From Gemmatimonadota bacterium (GTDB lineage Bacteria > Gemmatimonadota > Gemmatimonadetes > Gemmatimonadales > GWC2-71-9): 64,000 nucleotides of DNA. The stretch spans positions 13,382 through 77,381 of the forward strand of contig JBDHHK010000001.1 in assembly GCA_039589395.1 (NCBI GenBank), read 5' to 3'. Below are positions 26,003-36,704 of the stretch, piece by piece. Each line of letters starts with the position of its first letter. Within the stretch, counting starts at the first letter, position 1. A program made the translations under genes and the position numbers. The notes under the pieces are model-generated. The model was not told the origin of the DNA and made no database searches. It worked only from the letters and a program-made list of their open reading frames with translations.

Positions 26003-28501
26003 ATGGTCAGTTCCAGTCAGTTCGGCAGGGATTTGGGTCTCCAATTCTCCGACAACGCGATCACGGTTCTCAAACGCCGCTATCTCGTCAAGGATGATGA
26101 CGGAAACCCGGCCGAGGCACCGGAGGATTTGCTCTGGCGCGTCGCGCGTACGATAGCTGCTGCCGATGCTGACTATGGTGCGAGCGAAGGTGCGGTAGAA
26201 GCCCTCGCGGAGACATTCGTCGAGCTGATGGCGACGCGTATCTGGATGCCCAACAGCCCTACGCTCATGAACGCAGGTAGGCCACTGGGTCAACTCTCCG
26301 CGTGTTTTGTGTTGCCCGTCGACGACGCACTCTCAAATGGTGAATCAGGCATCTATGACACGCTCCGCAACATGGCTCTCGTGCATCAATCTGGCGGAGG
26401 GACCGGTTTCGGGTTCTCGAGACTGCGACCCAAGAATGACGTGGTTCGGTCGACGATGGGCGTTGCGTCCGGGCCCGTGTCCTTCATGTCGCTCTACGAC
26501 TCGTCGACAGAGGTTGTCAAACAGGGCGGGACCAGGCGTGGTGCAAACATGGGGATCCTGCGTGTCGATCACCCCGATATTCTGGATTTCATAGGATGTA
26601 AAGACGACACCTCCAAAGTCACGAACTTCAACATCTCCGTGGGTGTTACCGATGCGTTCATGGCCGCAGTAGCTGCGGGTGAGGATTACGATCTGATCCA
26701 TCCTCGTACCGGCGAAGTCGTTAACAGATTGAACGCACCTGAAGTGTTCGCGATGATCGTGCATGGGGCTTGGAAGACGGGAGAGCCGGGCGTGTTCTTC
26801 GTCGATCAAGCCAACCGCTACAATCCGGTACCGCATCTCGGTTCTTACGAAGCAACTAATCCCTGCGGCGAGCAGCCACTGCTTCCCTATGACGTGTGTA
26901 ATCTCGGATCGATCAACGTTGGTGCGTTTGCCAACCATGGTGAGGTCGATTGGGATGGACTGCGCCGCGCCGTGCACCTTTGCACCCACTTCCTCGATAA
27001 CGTCATCGATGTCAACAAGTATCCACTTCCACAGATCACGCAGTTGGCCCAGCGAATTCGTCGCGTCGGACTCGGCATCATGGGTTGGGCCGACTTCCTG
27101 GTAAGGCTCGGCGTACCGTACAATTCCAAGGAGGGCATCGAGTGGGCGCGGCAACTCATGACCTTCGTCGACGAAGAAGCGAAGGTTGAGAGCGAGCGCT
27201 TGGCGGCCCATCGAGGAGTCTTCCCGGAATGGAAAGGGAGCATTTGGGGACCGGACGAGACATGCGCGCGAGATGCGAACGGGGAGCGAGTCCGTCCCGA
27301 GCGCAGACTCCGCAACTGCAACCTCACAACAGTTGCCCCAACCGGTACGATATCGATCCTTGCGGGTTGCTCGTCTGGCATTGAGCCTCTCTTCGCTGTC
27401 GCGTTTCAGCGCCGCCAAGCAGACACTCTGATGACCGACGTCAACGAAGACTTCTTGGCGATAGCCAAGGCGGAAGGTTGGCATTCCTCTGATCTGATCG
27501 ACAAGATTGCAGAAGCTGGACACATCCACTTCAACGAGGTGCCTCAGAAGTGGCAAGATGTATTTGTAACTGCGCACGATGTTGCACCCGAATGGCACAT
27601 CGAAATGCAGGCTGCGTTTCAGGACTACACTGATAGTGCTATTAGCAAGACCTGCAACTTCCCCAATGAGGCAAGCGAAGACTATGTGCGCGAGATCTAC
27701 CAACGTGCACACGGATTGGGCTGCAAGGGCGTCACTGTTTACAGAGATGGAAGTCGGGAATTGCAGGTGCTATCCACTGGTACCACAGCAAAGAACGCTG
27801 AAGGGCAGGACACTGCTACGGGAAGTGAACGGAGGCCGACCGACGAAGTAACCGAACTTCGCGCAGCGGTGGCTGAGTTGGAGGCTGAACTCGGGCTAAC
27901 CAGAAAGCAACTGCACGAAGTTGAAGCCGAAAACCTTCAACGCAGAGCCAAACGTTCACGGCCGGAACTGTTGAAGGGATCGACGAGGAGAGTGGAGACT
28001 CCGTTGGGCACTCTGTACGTCACGATCACAGAGGATGACAAAGGCCAGCCGTTTGAGATGTTCATGACTCTGGGCAAAGCCGGCGGAGCGCTCATGGCCG
28101 ACGTCGAGGCCATAGGACGGTTGATTTCCCTCGCACTCCGTTCAGGTATCCCGATGCATGAGGTTCACCGCCAGCTTCGCGGAATCTCGTCCGATCGCGT
28201 CACTGGCCTCGGTCCAAACAAGGTTCTATCGGTACCAGATGCGATTGGTATCGCGATGGAAAAATGGATGCAGGACAAGCAGGGCATCCAGCAAGAGCTC
28301 TTGGAGCAGTCTGATAGTGCCGACGATGCCGTGGTATCCGTGAGTCGGAAGGAAGTGCCAGGTGTGAACGGCGAGATGTGGGAGTTGAAGACGCACGATA
28401 CAAAGAAACTGGTTGGGGCGTGCCCCGATTGCGGTTCCCAGCTCGAGTATGCCGAGGGGTGCGCTAAGTGTCACGTTTGCGGCTTCAGCGAGTGCGGCTG
28501 A
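26003..28501 (+). CDS. nrdJ: class II (adenosylcobalamin-dependent) ribonucleotide reductase
   Basis: Motifs NSPTLMNAG, SACFVL, TNPCGEQPL and ISKTCNFP. C-terminal Cys-rich tail CPDCG..CAKCHVCG. Confidence 0.92.
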   Translation: MVSSSQFGRDLGLQFSDNAITVLKRRYLVKDDDGNPAEAPEDLLWRVARTIAAADADYGASEGAVEALAETFVELMATRIWMPNSPTLMNAGRPLGQLSACFVLPVDDALSNGESGIYDTLRNMALVHQSGGGTGFGFSRLRPKNDVVRSTMGVASGPVSFMSLYDSSTEVVKQGGTRRGANMGILRVDHPDILDFIGCKDDTSKVTNFNISVGVTDAFMAAVAAGEDYDLIHPRTGEVVNRLNAPEVFAMIVHGAWKTGEPGVFFVDQANRYNPVPHLGSYEATNPCGEQPLLPYDVCNLGSINVGAFANHGEVDWDGLRRAVHLCTHFLDNVIDVNKYPLPQITQLAQRIRRVGLGIMGWADFLVRLGVPYNSKEGIEWARQLMTFVDEEAKVESERLAAHRGVFPEWKGSIWGPDETCARDANGERVRPERRLRNCNLTTVAPTGTISILAGCSSGIEPLFAVAFQRRQADTLMTDVNEDFLAIAKAEGWHSSDLIDKIAEAGHIHFNEVPQKWQDVFVTAHDVAPEWHIEMQAAFQDYTDSAISKTCNFPNEASEDYVREIYQRAHGLGCKGVTVYRDGSRELQVLSTGTTAKNAEGQDTATGSERRPTDEVTELRAAVAELEAELGLTRKQLHEVEAENLQRRAKRSRPELLKGSTRRVETPLGTLYVTITEDDKGQPFEMFMTLGKAGGALMADVEAIGRLISLALRSGIPMHEVHRQLRGISSDRVTGLGPNKVLSVPDAIGIAMEKWMQDKQGIQQELLEQSDSADDAVVSVSRKEVPGVNGEMWELKTHDTKKLVGACPDCGSQLEYAEGCAKCHVCGFSECG

Positions 28502-28571
28502 GTTGCCGGTCTCGTTCTGATCAGCGATAGTTATTCCAAGGTCAGGATTTCGCCTAGCTGAGGAGGAAGCC

Positions 28572-28925
28572 ATGAAATGGGCGCGCGTCTCGCAGGAAGA
28601 GGCTCACGGACTGAGGCGCGGGGCATGGTACGCGGTGGTCGGTAACGGTGAGTCAGATCTCGTTCTACTCGATGTCAACAAGTCGAATAGGCCCGTGAGT
28701 AGTTCCAGCCTGGACTTCGCTGACGAAAAGCCCACGAAGTGGAGCGTCGTGCGGAGAAACCCCGAAGAACACGCAGCACTCCGAGCGAGCTCAGCGAAGC
28801 TCGGGCCGGTGTATGGTGTGTGCCCACTGTGTCGTGCGCGCGTGGCGATAGCCCCGAACGCGGCTGAGGCACACTGCCCGAGATGCAAAGAGGTGTCCGA
28901 GGTCGACTGGGACAATCCTTGTTGA
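28572..28925 (+). CDS. hypothetical protein with C-terminal zinc ribbon
   Basis: Strong SD (GAGGAGGAAGCC-ATG). CPLCR-N14-CPRCK motif. No family recognised. Confidence 0.6.
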   Translation: MKWARVSQEEAHGLRRGAWYAVVGNGESDLVLLDVNKSNRPVSSSSLDFADEKPTKWSVVRRNPEEHAALRASSAKLGPVYGVCPLCRARVAIAPNAAEAHCPRCKEVSEVDWDNPC

Positions 28926-29083
28926 TTGGGCACGCCCCTACGACCACGCGCATGCACTGATGAGAAGTGGGAGGAGAGGCAGAGGGTAACAAGTCCCTAT
29001 TGCCTCGTTCGCTCTCCACTAGGCACCATCTGCAGCTTCTGCCTCCACTGCCCCTCTGCCCACCGTAATCTATATTCCAACCA

Positions 29084-30310
29084 ATGACTGCTCACACCAG
29101 GCGACCAACTGTAACCACAAACGTAGCCTCAGTTCCGATCGGCTCCGGGCATCCCGTTGTCGTTCAGTCGATGACCAACACTCCCACGTCAGATGTCGCG
29201 GCGACCGCGGCCCAGATCGCTGACCTTGCTGCCGCCGGCAGCGAGTTGGTGCGGATCACGGTGAACGATTCTGCCGCGGCTACGGCTGTTCCGCAGATAC
29301 TCGAGCGACTCGAGGGCGAGGGTGTGTATGTCCCACTCGTCGGCGATTTCCATTTCAACGGCCATCACCTCCTATCGAAACATGCGGACTGTGCGAGAGC
29401 ATTGGCGAAATACCGGATCAACCCCGGCAACGTAGGAGGTAGCCGCAGAGACCAGAACTTCAGTACGATCATCGAGGTGGCAAAAGACAACGGGAAGCCG
29501 GTCCGCATAGGTGTCAACTGGGGATCCCTCGACAAGCGCTTGCTTTCTGAGTTGATGGAAGAGAACTCGCAGTCAGGTACCCCGCTCAGTGCGCGCAATG
29601 TAATGCTGAACGCAATGGTCGAGAGCGCCATTCGCTCGGCTTCGTTTGCTGAGGAATTGGGGCTGCCTCACAATTGCATCGTCATTTCAGCGAAGATGTC
29701 TCAGGTAGGGGACCTGGTGGACGTTTACCGCATGTTGGCCGATAGAACTGAGTACCCATTGCACGTTGGCCTAACCGAAGCGGGCTTGGGGACACGAGGA
29801 ATTGTGTTCAGCACCGCCGGGTTGTCGGTGCTCTTGAATCAAGGGATCGGCGATACGATTCGCGTGTCCCTCACTCCATCGATTCAGAACGATCGCACCG
29901 AAGAAGTGACTGTGGCGCGAGAGATTCTCCAAGCCCTGGGGTTGCGCAGTTTCACTCCGCAGGTGTCTGCCTGTCCGGGTTGTGGGCGAACCACCAGCAC
30001 TTTGTTTCAGTCACTGGCTGGCCAGGTGCAATCGTACTTGAACGAGCAGATGCCGACTTGGCGCGAACGTTTCCCGGGTGTCGAGGAAATGCGAGTGGCT
30101 GTAATGGGCTGCGTCGTGAACGGCCCCGGTGAGTCAAAGCATGCCGATATCGGCATTTCGCTCCCAGGTGTGTCTGAAGATCTAAAGGCACCAGTATTCG
30201 CCGACGGTGAACTTCTCACCACACTCAAGGGTGAAAGAATAGGCGAGGACTTCATCGCAGTGTTGGATGGTTACGTAGCGCGGAGGTACGGAAGAACAGA
30301 TGAACGCTGA
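29084..30310 (+). CDS. ispG: 4-hydroxy-3-methylbut-2-en-1-yl diphosphate synthase
   Basis: Motifs [23 protein letters not shown] and GCVVNGPGE. Confidence 0.93.
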   Translation: MTAHTRRPTVTTNVASVPIGSGHPVVVQSMTNTPTSDVAATAAQIADLAAAGSELVRITVNDSAAATAVPQILERLEGEGVYVPLVGDFHFNGHHLLSKHADCARALAKYRINPGNVGGSRRDQNFSTIIEVAKDNGKPVRIGVNWGSLDKRLLSELMEENSQSGTPLSARNVMLNAMVESAIRSASFAEELGLPHNCIVISAKMSQVGDLVDVYRMLADRTEYPLHVGLTEAGLGTRGIVFSTAGLSVLLNQGIGDTIRVSLTPSIQNDRTEEVTVAREILQALGLRSFTPQVSACPGCGRTTSTLFQSLAGQVQSYLNEQMPTWRERFPGVEEMRVAVMGCVVNGPGESKHADIGISLPGVSEDLKAPVFADGELLTTLKGERIGEDFIAVLDGYVARRYGRTDER

Positions 30311-31067
30311 ACTGGATCGAGCCGTAGCGATTCTAAAGGACGCGAAGAAGCTGGTGGTGTCGACTGGAGCCGGTATGTCTCGTGATTCGGGAGTGCCAAC
30401 GTTTCGCGATGCAATGACCGGGCTCTGGTCACGCTTCGACCCGCATGAATTGGCGAACGCGCAGGCCTTCAGCCGAAATCCAGCGAGGGTTTTTGGCTGG
30501 TATTTGTGGCGCTGGAACTTGGTGCATCAGGCTCAACCTCACTCCGGTTATCATGCGCTCGTTCACATGCAAGATGCGTTCGAGGAGCTGCTCGTTGTCA
30601 CGCAGAACGTCGATGGATTCCATCGGCGATCGGGCAGTCGGGACGTTGTCGAATTGCACGGCTCACTGGAGGCGTTTCGGTGCTTCGATAATGGACATGA
30701 ATACGATTCTGTTGGCCTAACTGGCCTCGAGGCTGGAGCGGACGGGGAGGTGGACCCTCCCCGCTGTTCGATTTGTGGAAGCGCGATCCGGCCCGGCGTG
30801 GTGTGGTTTGGTGAGACGCTCCCGAAGGAACCGGTCGAAAGAGCGTGGGCAGCCGTCGGTCAGTGTGATGCGCTGCTGGTGGTCGGAACATCTGCCGTGG
30901 TGTATCCGGCTGCGGAACTGCCGTCGATTGCGCTCAGGCGCGGTTGCCCGGTGATAGACGTGAATCCGGATAGTACACCTCTCACAAATGACGTCGATGT
31001 GTGGATACCGGAGCGAGCGGAGGTAGCGTTGCCGGCCCTGGCGGATCTGCTGCTCACGTCGAGCTGA
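30300..31067 (+). CDS. cobB: NAD-dependent protein deacylase (Sir2 family)
   Basis: Motifs [35 protein letters not shown] and [11 protein letters not shown]. Overlaps the ispG end by 11 nt. Confidence 0.88.
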   Translation: MNAELDRAVAILKDAKKLVVSTGAGMSRDSGVPTFRDAMTGLWSRFDPHELANAQAFSRNPARVFGWYLWRWNLVHQAQPHSGYHALVHMQDAFEELLVVTQNVDGFHRRSGSRDVVELHGSLEAFRCFDNGHEYDSVGLTGLEAGADGEVDPPRCSICGSAIRPGVVWFGETLPKEPVERAWAAVGQCDALLVVGTSAVVYPAAELPSIALRRGCPVIDVNPDSTPLTNDVDVWIPERAEVALPALADLLLTSS

Positions 31068-31410
31068 GACCTGCAGGCCCTTCTGCGTCTGTTCTTCAGC
31101 CAACCGGCGGGACTCGTGCACTACTCGACGAATCCCATCCAACTCACTTCTCAATCAATGAGACAGTCGAATTCGCGTTGCAGGTCAGTGCAGAACGAAC
31201 CCTACTCACCCACCTCACTTACAGACACACTCACGTCGAGTTCCAGGAATGACTTCCTCCTGGAGTAGAACCGGCGTATGATGGGCTGAGTGTTGTCTTT
31301 TGACGGCTACTTGGTCTACGGGTAACTTTCTGATGGTAACCAGGGTTGGGAAGCGCCATGGCGGCGTTTGCTGGTGCCAAAGAGATGCGAAGTACCGGCA
31401 AGGAGAATTC

Positions 31411-31902
31411 ATGGCAAACGAAGACAACCGTCCAGTAGTAATTGTGGAGCGTTCGAGCGGCCTCGCGTCGTTCTTTTGGGGCGCGCTGTGCGGTGCGGGA
31501 ATCGCGCTTCTAATGGCCCCACGCACGGGAGAGGAGACTAGAGAGGTCTTGCGGTCAAAGGGGCGTCGGCTGCGGGCGAGAGCGCAGGGGACGGCCGAAG
31601 ATTTGCACGACCGCGTCGGAGACGGGTATGAGCGTGCAAAGGCGAGAGTCGAGGAGGGCATCGAGACGGCACGCAATGGCCTCACGGACATTCGAACCGG
31701 CACGCATGATGCCGTTGAAGCCGGCAAGGCGACCGTGCACTCAGCTCGCGAGGAGTTGGAGCGGCGTCTTTCTGAGGCACGAGCTGCGCGCAAGGGTCGG
31801 CCGTCGGAGGCGGAAAATGATGACGTCGACTCGGAGGCGGCGGACTTGGATGAGTTAGGCGACGAGGCCGAAACCAAGTCGGTCGATGACGGGGCCGAGT
31901 AG
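31411..31902 (+). CDS. YtxH-domain protein
   Basis: N-terminal hydrophobic helix with LLMAPRTGEETREVL, followed by a long charged helical tail. I trimmed the start to the ATG at 31411, which is preceded by AGGAGA. Confidence 0.7.
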   Translation: MANEDNRPVVIVERSSGLASFFWGALCGAGIALLMAPRTGEETREVLRSKGRRLRARAQGTAEDLHDRVGDGYERAKARVEEGIETARNGLTDIRTGTHDAVEAGKATVHSAREELERRLSEARAARKGRPSEAENDDVDSEAADLDELGDEAETKSVDDGAE

Positions 31903-31967
31903 GACCTCCTAACACGCCCACCAAACTGAAGGCCGCCGGAAGCCGGAACTGGGGTAAGGCGCCAATT

Positions 31968-32777
31968 GTGTTTGTGCGTCGCGTCGTTACCGCCGCATAT
32001 GACGACAACATCTTGTTTCTGGCCAGCGCGCTCACGTTCCAAGCGTTGTTGGCGGGACTTCCATTCGTGCTTCTTGCGTTGGCGGCGCTTGGCTATTTCG
32101 TGCATGCTGGCGAAGAGGAGGTCGTGCGCCTCTTCAGGGAGCTGATTCCCTCTGCTGGCGAAAGCGAGACGGATCCGTTTCGTCAGGTTGAGCGGTTTCT
32201 GGCGAACGTGCGGGCAAGTCGCGGTAGGCTTTCGGTCTTCGGGTTTCCCCTGTTCTTCTGGTTCTCGACCCGGTTCTTCTCCGGTGCGCGCACTGCTCTC
32301 AACGAGGTGTTCGATACGCACGAGAGTCGCCCGTGGTGGAAGGGAGCGGGCCTCGATCTGGGATTGGTGATCGCGGCTCTGTTGCTGGTTGTCGCCAACA
32401 CGGCTCTGACCCTCCAACTGATGTCGATGCCGTGGCTGGGGAGGTTCGTTTCGAGCATCTCCACATTCAGCCTGGGGGTGCTGCTGTTCTTCCTCGTCTA
32501 CAAGATTTCTCCAACACGACAGGTTAGGTGGGACACGGCCATAGTAGCAGCCGCCGTGGCAGCGCTTGGGTTCGAAGTCACAAAACGTCTGTACGTGGTT
32601 TATCTCCTTGAATTCGCAACGCTCGATCGGTTGATATCGAACAACAATGCCATCGCCCTGGTTCTCCTCGTTGTTTGGATGTATTTCACTGCTTGCGTGT
32701 TCCTCATCGGTGCGGAAGCTGCAGAGGTCTACGATCTCGGTCGTCGCCAGTCGGAACAGCGGGCTATCCTCACGTGA
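31968..32777 (+). CDS. YihY/BrkB-family inner membrane protein
   Basis: FLASALTFQALLAGLPFVLL followed by about 6 hydrophobic helices. The size and pattern are typical of the family. GTG start. Confidence 0.75.
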   Translation: MFVRRVVTAAYDDNILFLASALTFQALLAGLPFVLLALAALGYFVHAGEEEVVRLFRELIPSAGESETDPFRQVERFLANVRASRGRLSVFGFPLFFWFSTRFFSGARTALNEVFDTHESRPWWKGAGLDLGLVIAALLLVVANTALTLQLMSMPWLGRFVSSISTFSLGVLLFFLVYKISPTRQVRWDTAIVAAAVAALGFEVTKRLYVVYLLEFATLDRLISNNNAIALVLLVVWMYFTACVFLIGAEAAEVYDLGRRQSEQRAILT

Positions 32778-32810
32778 ACCGAAAATGCCAGTGGAGAGGC
32801 ATCTACAACG

Positions 32811-33845
32811 ATGAATAGGAATGGAGTAATTGACCTTCGCAGCGACACCGTGACGAGACCGTCACCTGAGATGCGCCGAGCAATGGCCGAGGCAGAAGTC
32901 GCTGATGATATTCTCGAGGGTGATCCGACAACTCGGCGTCTCGAAGAGATGGTAGCCGCTCTGTGCGGCAAAGAGTCGGCGCTGTTTTTCCCGTCTGGCA
33001 CACAGACCAACCAAACTGCCGTCTGGCTTCATACACAACGTGGAACAGAATTGGTCGTCGAGGCTGAAGCACACTTGGTGCACTTCGAAAAGGCCGCCGT
33101 AGCCGGACTTGCGGGAGTGCAGATTAGGCCGGTTTTCACGCCGGACGGGGTACTCTCCGCTGAATCGATAGCCCCCATGCTTCGCCATGGAGAACATGAA
33201 CCTGAGATTAGTGCTATTGCAGTCGAGAACACCCATAACCGCGCTGGCGGGAAGGTCATCCCTTTGGCGGTTTGGGATGAACTGGTTGACTATGCGAAGG
33301 TGCTCGATCTTCCGATTCATCTGGATGGCGCGCGGCTTTGGAATGCGGCGGCCGCGCTTGGGGTAACGCCAGCACGTGTTGCCAGAGGGGCCACATCGGT
33401 ATCGGTTTGCCTTTCCAAAGGTCTGGGATGTCCTGTGGGCAGTTGTTTGGCGGGCGACGCTGCTCTGATGAGTCGTGCTAAGATAGTCCGGAGGCGCTTT
33501 GGTGGCGCTATGCGCCAATCAGGCATACTTGCGGCTGCAGGGTTGTATGCACTGGAGCACAACCTCGACGCCCTGAACGCCGATCACACCAATGCGACGC
33601 TGTTCGCAGAGCGACTCGTTGGCCATCCGAGGCTTGAACCTTCGATGCCAGAAACCAACATTATTCTACTGGATCTGACGGAACCGGGTATGACGGCAGA
33701 GTTGGCTCTCGGGAAGCTCGCTGAAGCAGGTGTGTTGATGGTGCCGTTCGGTCCGACGAGGCTGCGTGCAGTCACGCATTTGGACGTGTCTGCAGACCAA
33801 GTGGCAGAAGCTGCCGAGTTGGTTGCCAAGGTGTTGGGCGGGTAA
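32811..33845 (+). CDS. ltaE: low-specificity L-threonine aldolase
   Basis: Motifs IDLRSDTVTRPS, GTQTNQ, ENTHNRAGG, HLDGARLWNA, CLSKGLGCPVGS and MRQSGILAAAG. Confidence 0.9.
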   Translation: MNRNGVIDLRSDTVTRPSPEMRRAMAEAEVADDILEGDPTTRRLEEMVAALCGKESALFFPSGTQTNQTAVWLHTQRGTELVVEAEAHLVHFEKAAVAGLAGVQIRPVFTPDGVLSAESIAPMLRHGEHEPEISAIAVENTHNRAGGKVIPLAVWDELVDYAKVLDLPIHLDGARLWNAAAALGVTPARVARGATSVSVCLSKGLGCPVGSCLAGDAALMSRAKIVRRRFGGAMRQSGILAAAGLYALEHNLDALNADHTNATLFAERLVGHPRLEPSMPETNIILLDLTEPGMTAELALGKLAEAGVLMVPFGPTRLRAVTHLDVSADQVAEAAELVAKVLGG

Positions 33846-33855
33846 GGAGGGCTGT

Positions 33856-35208
33856 ATGCGTGTGATAGTCGCCGGTGCAGGCGAAGTTGGCTTTCACGTG
33901 GCAGAACGACTCTCCAAGGAAGGCCAGGACGTCGTCGTGGTTGATGTCCGACCGGAACGACTCGACTACGTGCAAAGTCATCTGGACGTTGCTGTGGTGG
34001 AGGGTAGTGCGGCCAGCATATCTGTTATGGAGAAGGCTGGCATCAAGAAAGCCGGCTTGCTCACCGCGGTAACCAATGTGGATGAAGCCAATTTGGTCTC
34101 TTGCATGAGTGTGCGCGGCGTCAAGAACCTGATGACTGTGGCGCGGGTATCGAATCCAGATTTTTACTCGGACGGTGCGCACCTGAACCCAGAGGTGTTC
34201 GGCGTCGACGTGATGATCAATCCCGAGAGGGAGTTGGCACTCGAGACAATACGGCTGCTGCAAGCCACAGCGGCCACTGATGTGGCCACATTTGCGCGCG
34301 GGGCAGTGCAACTCGTTGGATTACGGGTCACAGAAGATGCACCGGTGGCGGGGCGCACATTGGCAGAGATCGGGTCGGAGATGGGTGGGGATTCTATGCT
34401 CACGGTGGCTCTCACCAGAGGTGGCACGACCATCGTACCTGATGGAAGTACCAAGATCCAAAGCGGGGACCTCGTGTACTTTGTCGTCACCGACAAGATG
34501 GTCCCACAGGGTTTGGAGCTCTGTGGATATCACCAAACCGAGGTCCGCCGTGTGATGATTGCTGGTGGAAGCTTGGAGGCCTACTACCTGGCAGGGTTCC
34601 TCGATCAACATCGAGCGCAGGCAATTATGCTCGTCAAGGAGAGGGACCGGGCTCAGGAACTGGCGGAGAAACTGAACCAAGCGCTCATCCTGATCGGGGA
34701 TGCCACGGATGTAGAACTCCTGGAAATGGAAGGTGTCGCTGGTGTGGACGGTTTCGTTGCATTGACGGAACACGACGAACGGAACATCCTGGCGGCTGTT
34801 TTGGCTCGCCATGCAGGTGCGAAGCAAGTAGTGACACTTGTCAACAAGACGGATTATGTGCCGTTGGCTACTCGAATCGGGCTGGACGCAATCGTGAGTC
34901 CGCGGCTGTCTGCCGCCAATGCAATCCTCCGGTATGTGCGCCGAGGCACTGCCACAAGTGTCGCAACATTCAAGGACAACGACGCCGAAGCGATCTCGTT
35001 CCACGTATCGTCGACTTCACCGCTCGTGGGAAGGCGGCTTGCGGATATCGAATTTCCCGAGGGGGCGATCGTAGCAGCGATTGTGAGAACATCCGTAGTC
35101 GACCCGATCGTTCCGCGTGGAGGCGACAAGCTGGCTGCCGGTGATTCGGTCATCGTCTTTGCGCTGCCCGCCGCGGTTGGGCCTGTTACGGATCTGTTCC
35201 CCTCGTGA
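33856..35208 (+). CDS. trkA: Trk potassium uptake system NAD-binding subunit
   Basis: Two RCK/KTN repeats (MRVIVAGAGEVG.., VMIAGGS..). I trimmed the start to the ATG at 33856, which is preceded by AAGGAGG. Confidence 0.9.
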   Translation: MRVIVAGAGEVGFHVAERLSKEGQDVVVVDVRPERLDYVQSHLDVAVVEGSAASISVMEKAGIKKAGLLTAVTNVDEANLVSCMSVRGVKNLMTVARVSNPDFYSDGAHLNPEVFGVDVMINPERELALETIRLLQATAATDVATFARGAVQLVGLRVTEDAPVAGRTLAEIGSEMGGDSMLTVALTRGGTTIVPDGSTKIQSGDLVYFVVTDKMVPQGLELCGYHQTEVRRVMIAGGSLEAYYLAGFLDQHRAQAIMLVKERDRAQELAEKLNQALILIGDATDVELLEMEGVAGVDGFVALTEHDERNILAAVLARHAGAKQVVTLVNKTDYVPLATRIGLDAIVSPRLSAANAILRYVRRGTATSVATFKDNDAEAISFHVSSTSPLVGRRLADIEFPEGAIVAAIVRTSVVDPIVPRGGDKLAAGDSVIVFALPAAVGPVTDLFPS

Positions 35209-36644
35209 ATGTACTGGAGGTTCTCCACGTAGTCGGCCTGCTTCTACTCTGGACCGCGGTTGCTATGGTACCACCGGCGGCGTTTGGGTTCTCGGAGAGT
35301 CTAGCCGTCGGTTGGCTAATCGCATTAGCTGCTACAGCGTTGGGCGGTGGTGTGCTGTGGCTGCTTACTCCTAAGGAAATCTCAATCAACCGTCGAGAGG
35401 GGATTGCGGTGGTGGGCCTGGGATGGGTGGCGGTAGTCGGCTTTGGGAGTCTCCCGTTTCTAACCACTGGTACTGCCACCACAGTTGCCGGTGCGATTTT
35501 CGAGTCGATTTCCGGATTCACAACAACCGGTGCGACAATATTCCCCGACATTGAGGCACTTCCGAGGAGCATCCTTCTTTGGCGCTCGACAAGTCATTGG
35601 CTTGGAGGTATGGGAATCATCGTACTTGGAGTGGCAGTACTCCCTCTGATTGGGATGGGTGGCGCCCAGTTGTTTAGAGCTGAGGTGCCGGGCATCGCAC
35701 CAGATCGCCTGAAGCCAAGAATCGCCACAACCGCTCGACTCCTATGGGGCGTGTATGCATTGCTCACAGCCGTGCTCTTCCTGGCGTACCTGGTCTTGGG
35801 AATGTCCACGTTCGATGCGGTCAACCATGCGATGAGTGCGTTGGCGACGGGAGGATTCTCAACTCGTACTGCATCCCTGGGGGCTTTCAGCCCGGCGATT
35901 CAATGGGTCACAGTTCTGTTCATGTTGATTGCGGGCACAAATTTCACGCTTCATTACACACTGCTTTCTGGCAGATGGAATGCATGGGTGCGCGACGCAG
36001 AGTGGCGCTGGTACGCCGGTGCGGCCTTGGCAGCATCGGTTGCGGTGTTTGTTTCAATAGGCCTCTCGGGATCTGGCTGGGTGTTCAGAGACGCGACGTT
36101 CAATGTGGTAGCCATCCTGACCACAACCGGATTCACCACAACCGATTTCGGTCAGTGGCCGCCATTCTGTCTGGTTCTTTTGATCGGCCTGATGTTTGTA
36201 GGTGCAATGGGTGGTTCTACGGGCGGAGGGTTCAAGGTAGCCCGAGCGGTCGTGGTCTTAAAACATGCTGTAAGTGAAGTGCGAAAGGTGTTACATCCAA
36301 CTGGGGTGTTCGTCACAAAACTCGGTCGAGCTCCAATACGGTCGGACATCCTTCTCAATGTGCTGGCATTTCTGGCACTGTACGTGGTCACTCACGGTAT
36401 AGGATCTTTGCTGATCGCCGCGAGTGGTCACGACTTCGTAACCTCTACGAGCGCCGCACTGGCTGCAATGTCGAGCATTGGCCCGGGACTCGGCGAGGTT
36501 GGCCCGGCCGGACACTATGGCCACATGGACTCGATGTCACATATCGTTCTATCTGGGCTGATGCTGCTCGGTCGGCTGGAGTTTTACACGCTGCTCGTGC
36601 TTGTCATCCCAGGAATGTGGGATCGTTGGGGCGGTCATCTCTAG
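35205..36644 (+). CDS. trkH: Trk potassium uptake system membrane subunit
   Basis: Polytopic protein with repeated pore-loop motifs (SGFTTTGAT, ATGGFST, TTTGFTT, GPGLG). The GTG start overlaps the trkA stop (GTGA). Confidence 0.9.
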   Translation: MNVLEVLHVVGLLLLWTAVAMVPPAAFGFSESLAVGWLIALAATALGGGVLWLLTPKEISINRREGIAVVGLGWVAVVGFGSLPFLTTGTATTVAGAIFESISGFTTTGATIFPDIEALPRSILLWRSTSHWLGGMGIIVLGVAVLPLIGMGGAQLFRAEVPGIAPDRLKPRIATTARLLWGVYALLTAVLFLAYLVLGMSTFDAVNHAMSALATGGFSTRTASLGAFSPAIQWVTVLFMLIAGTNFTLHYTLLSGRWNAWVRDAEWRWYAGAALAASVAVFVSIGLSGSGWVFRDATFNVVAILTTTGFTTTDFGQWPPFCLVLLIGLMFVGAMGGSTGGGFKVARAVVVLKHAVSEVRKVLHPTGVFVTKLGRAPIRSDILLNVLAFLALYVVTHGIGSLLIAASGHDFVTSTSAALAAMSSIGPGLGEVGPAGHYGHMDSMSHIVLSGLMLLGRLEFYTLLVLVIPGMWDRWGGHL

Positions 36645-36704
36645 GCGATGACCATGGGTAACAAACCCGCTTGCCACTCCTTTTGATCACACTACTTTAC
36701 AGTT

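Noticed and set aside
26345-27712. 455-aa ORF on the minus strand, entirely antisense to nrdJ.
   Set aside because: The plus-strand product is an unmistakable class II RNR across the same nucleotides. The antisense translation is low-complexity, R/S/P-rich and has no motifs. Long antisense ORFs are expected in GC-rich DNA.
31215-32417. 400-aa minus-strand ORF spanning the ytxH and yihY regions.
   Set aside because: It overlaps two plus-strand genes with recognisable family features and an SD-preceded start. Its translation is Arg/Ser/Pro-rich junk.
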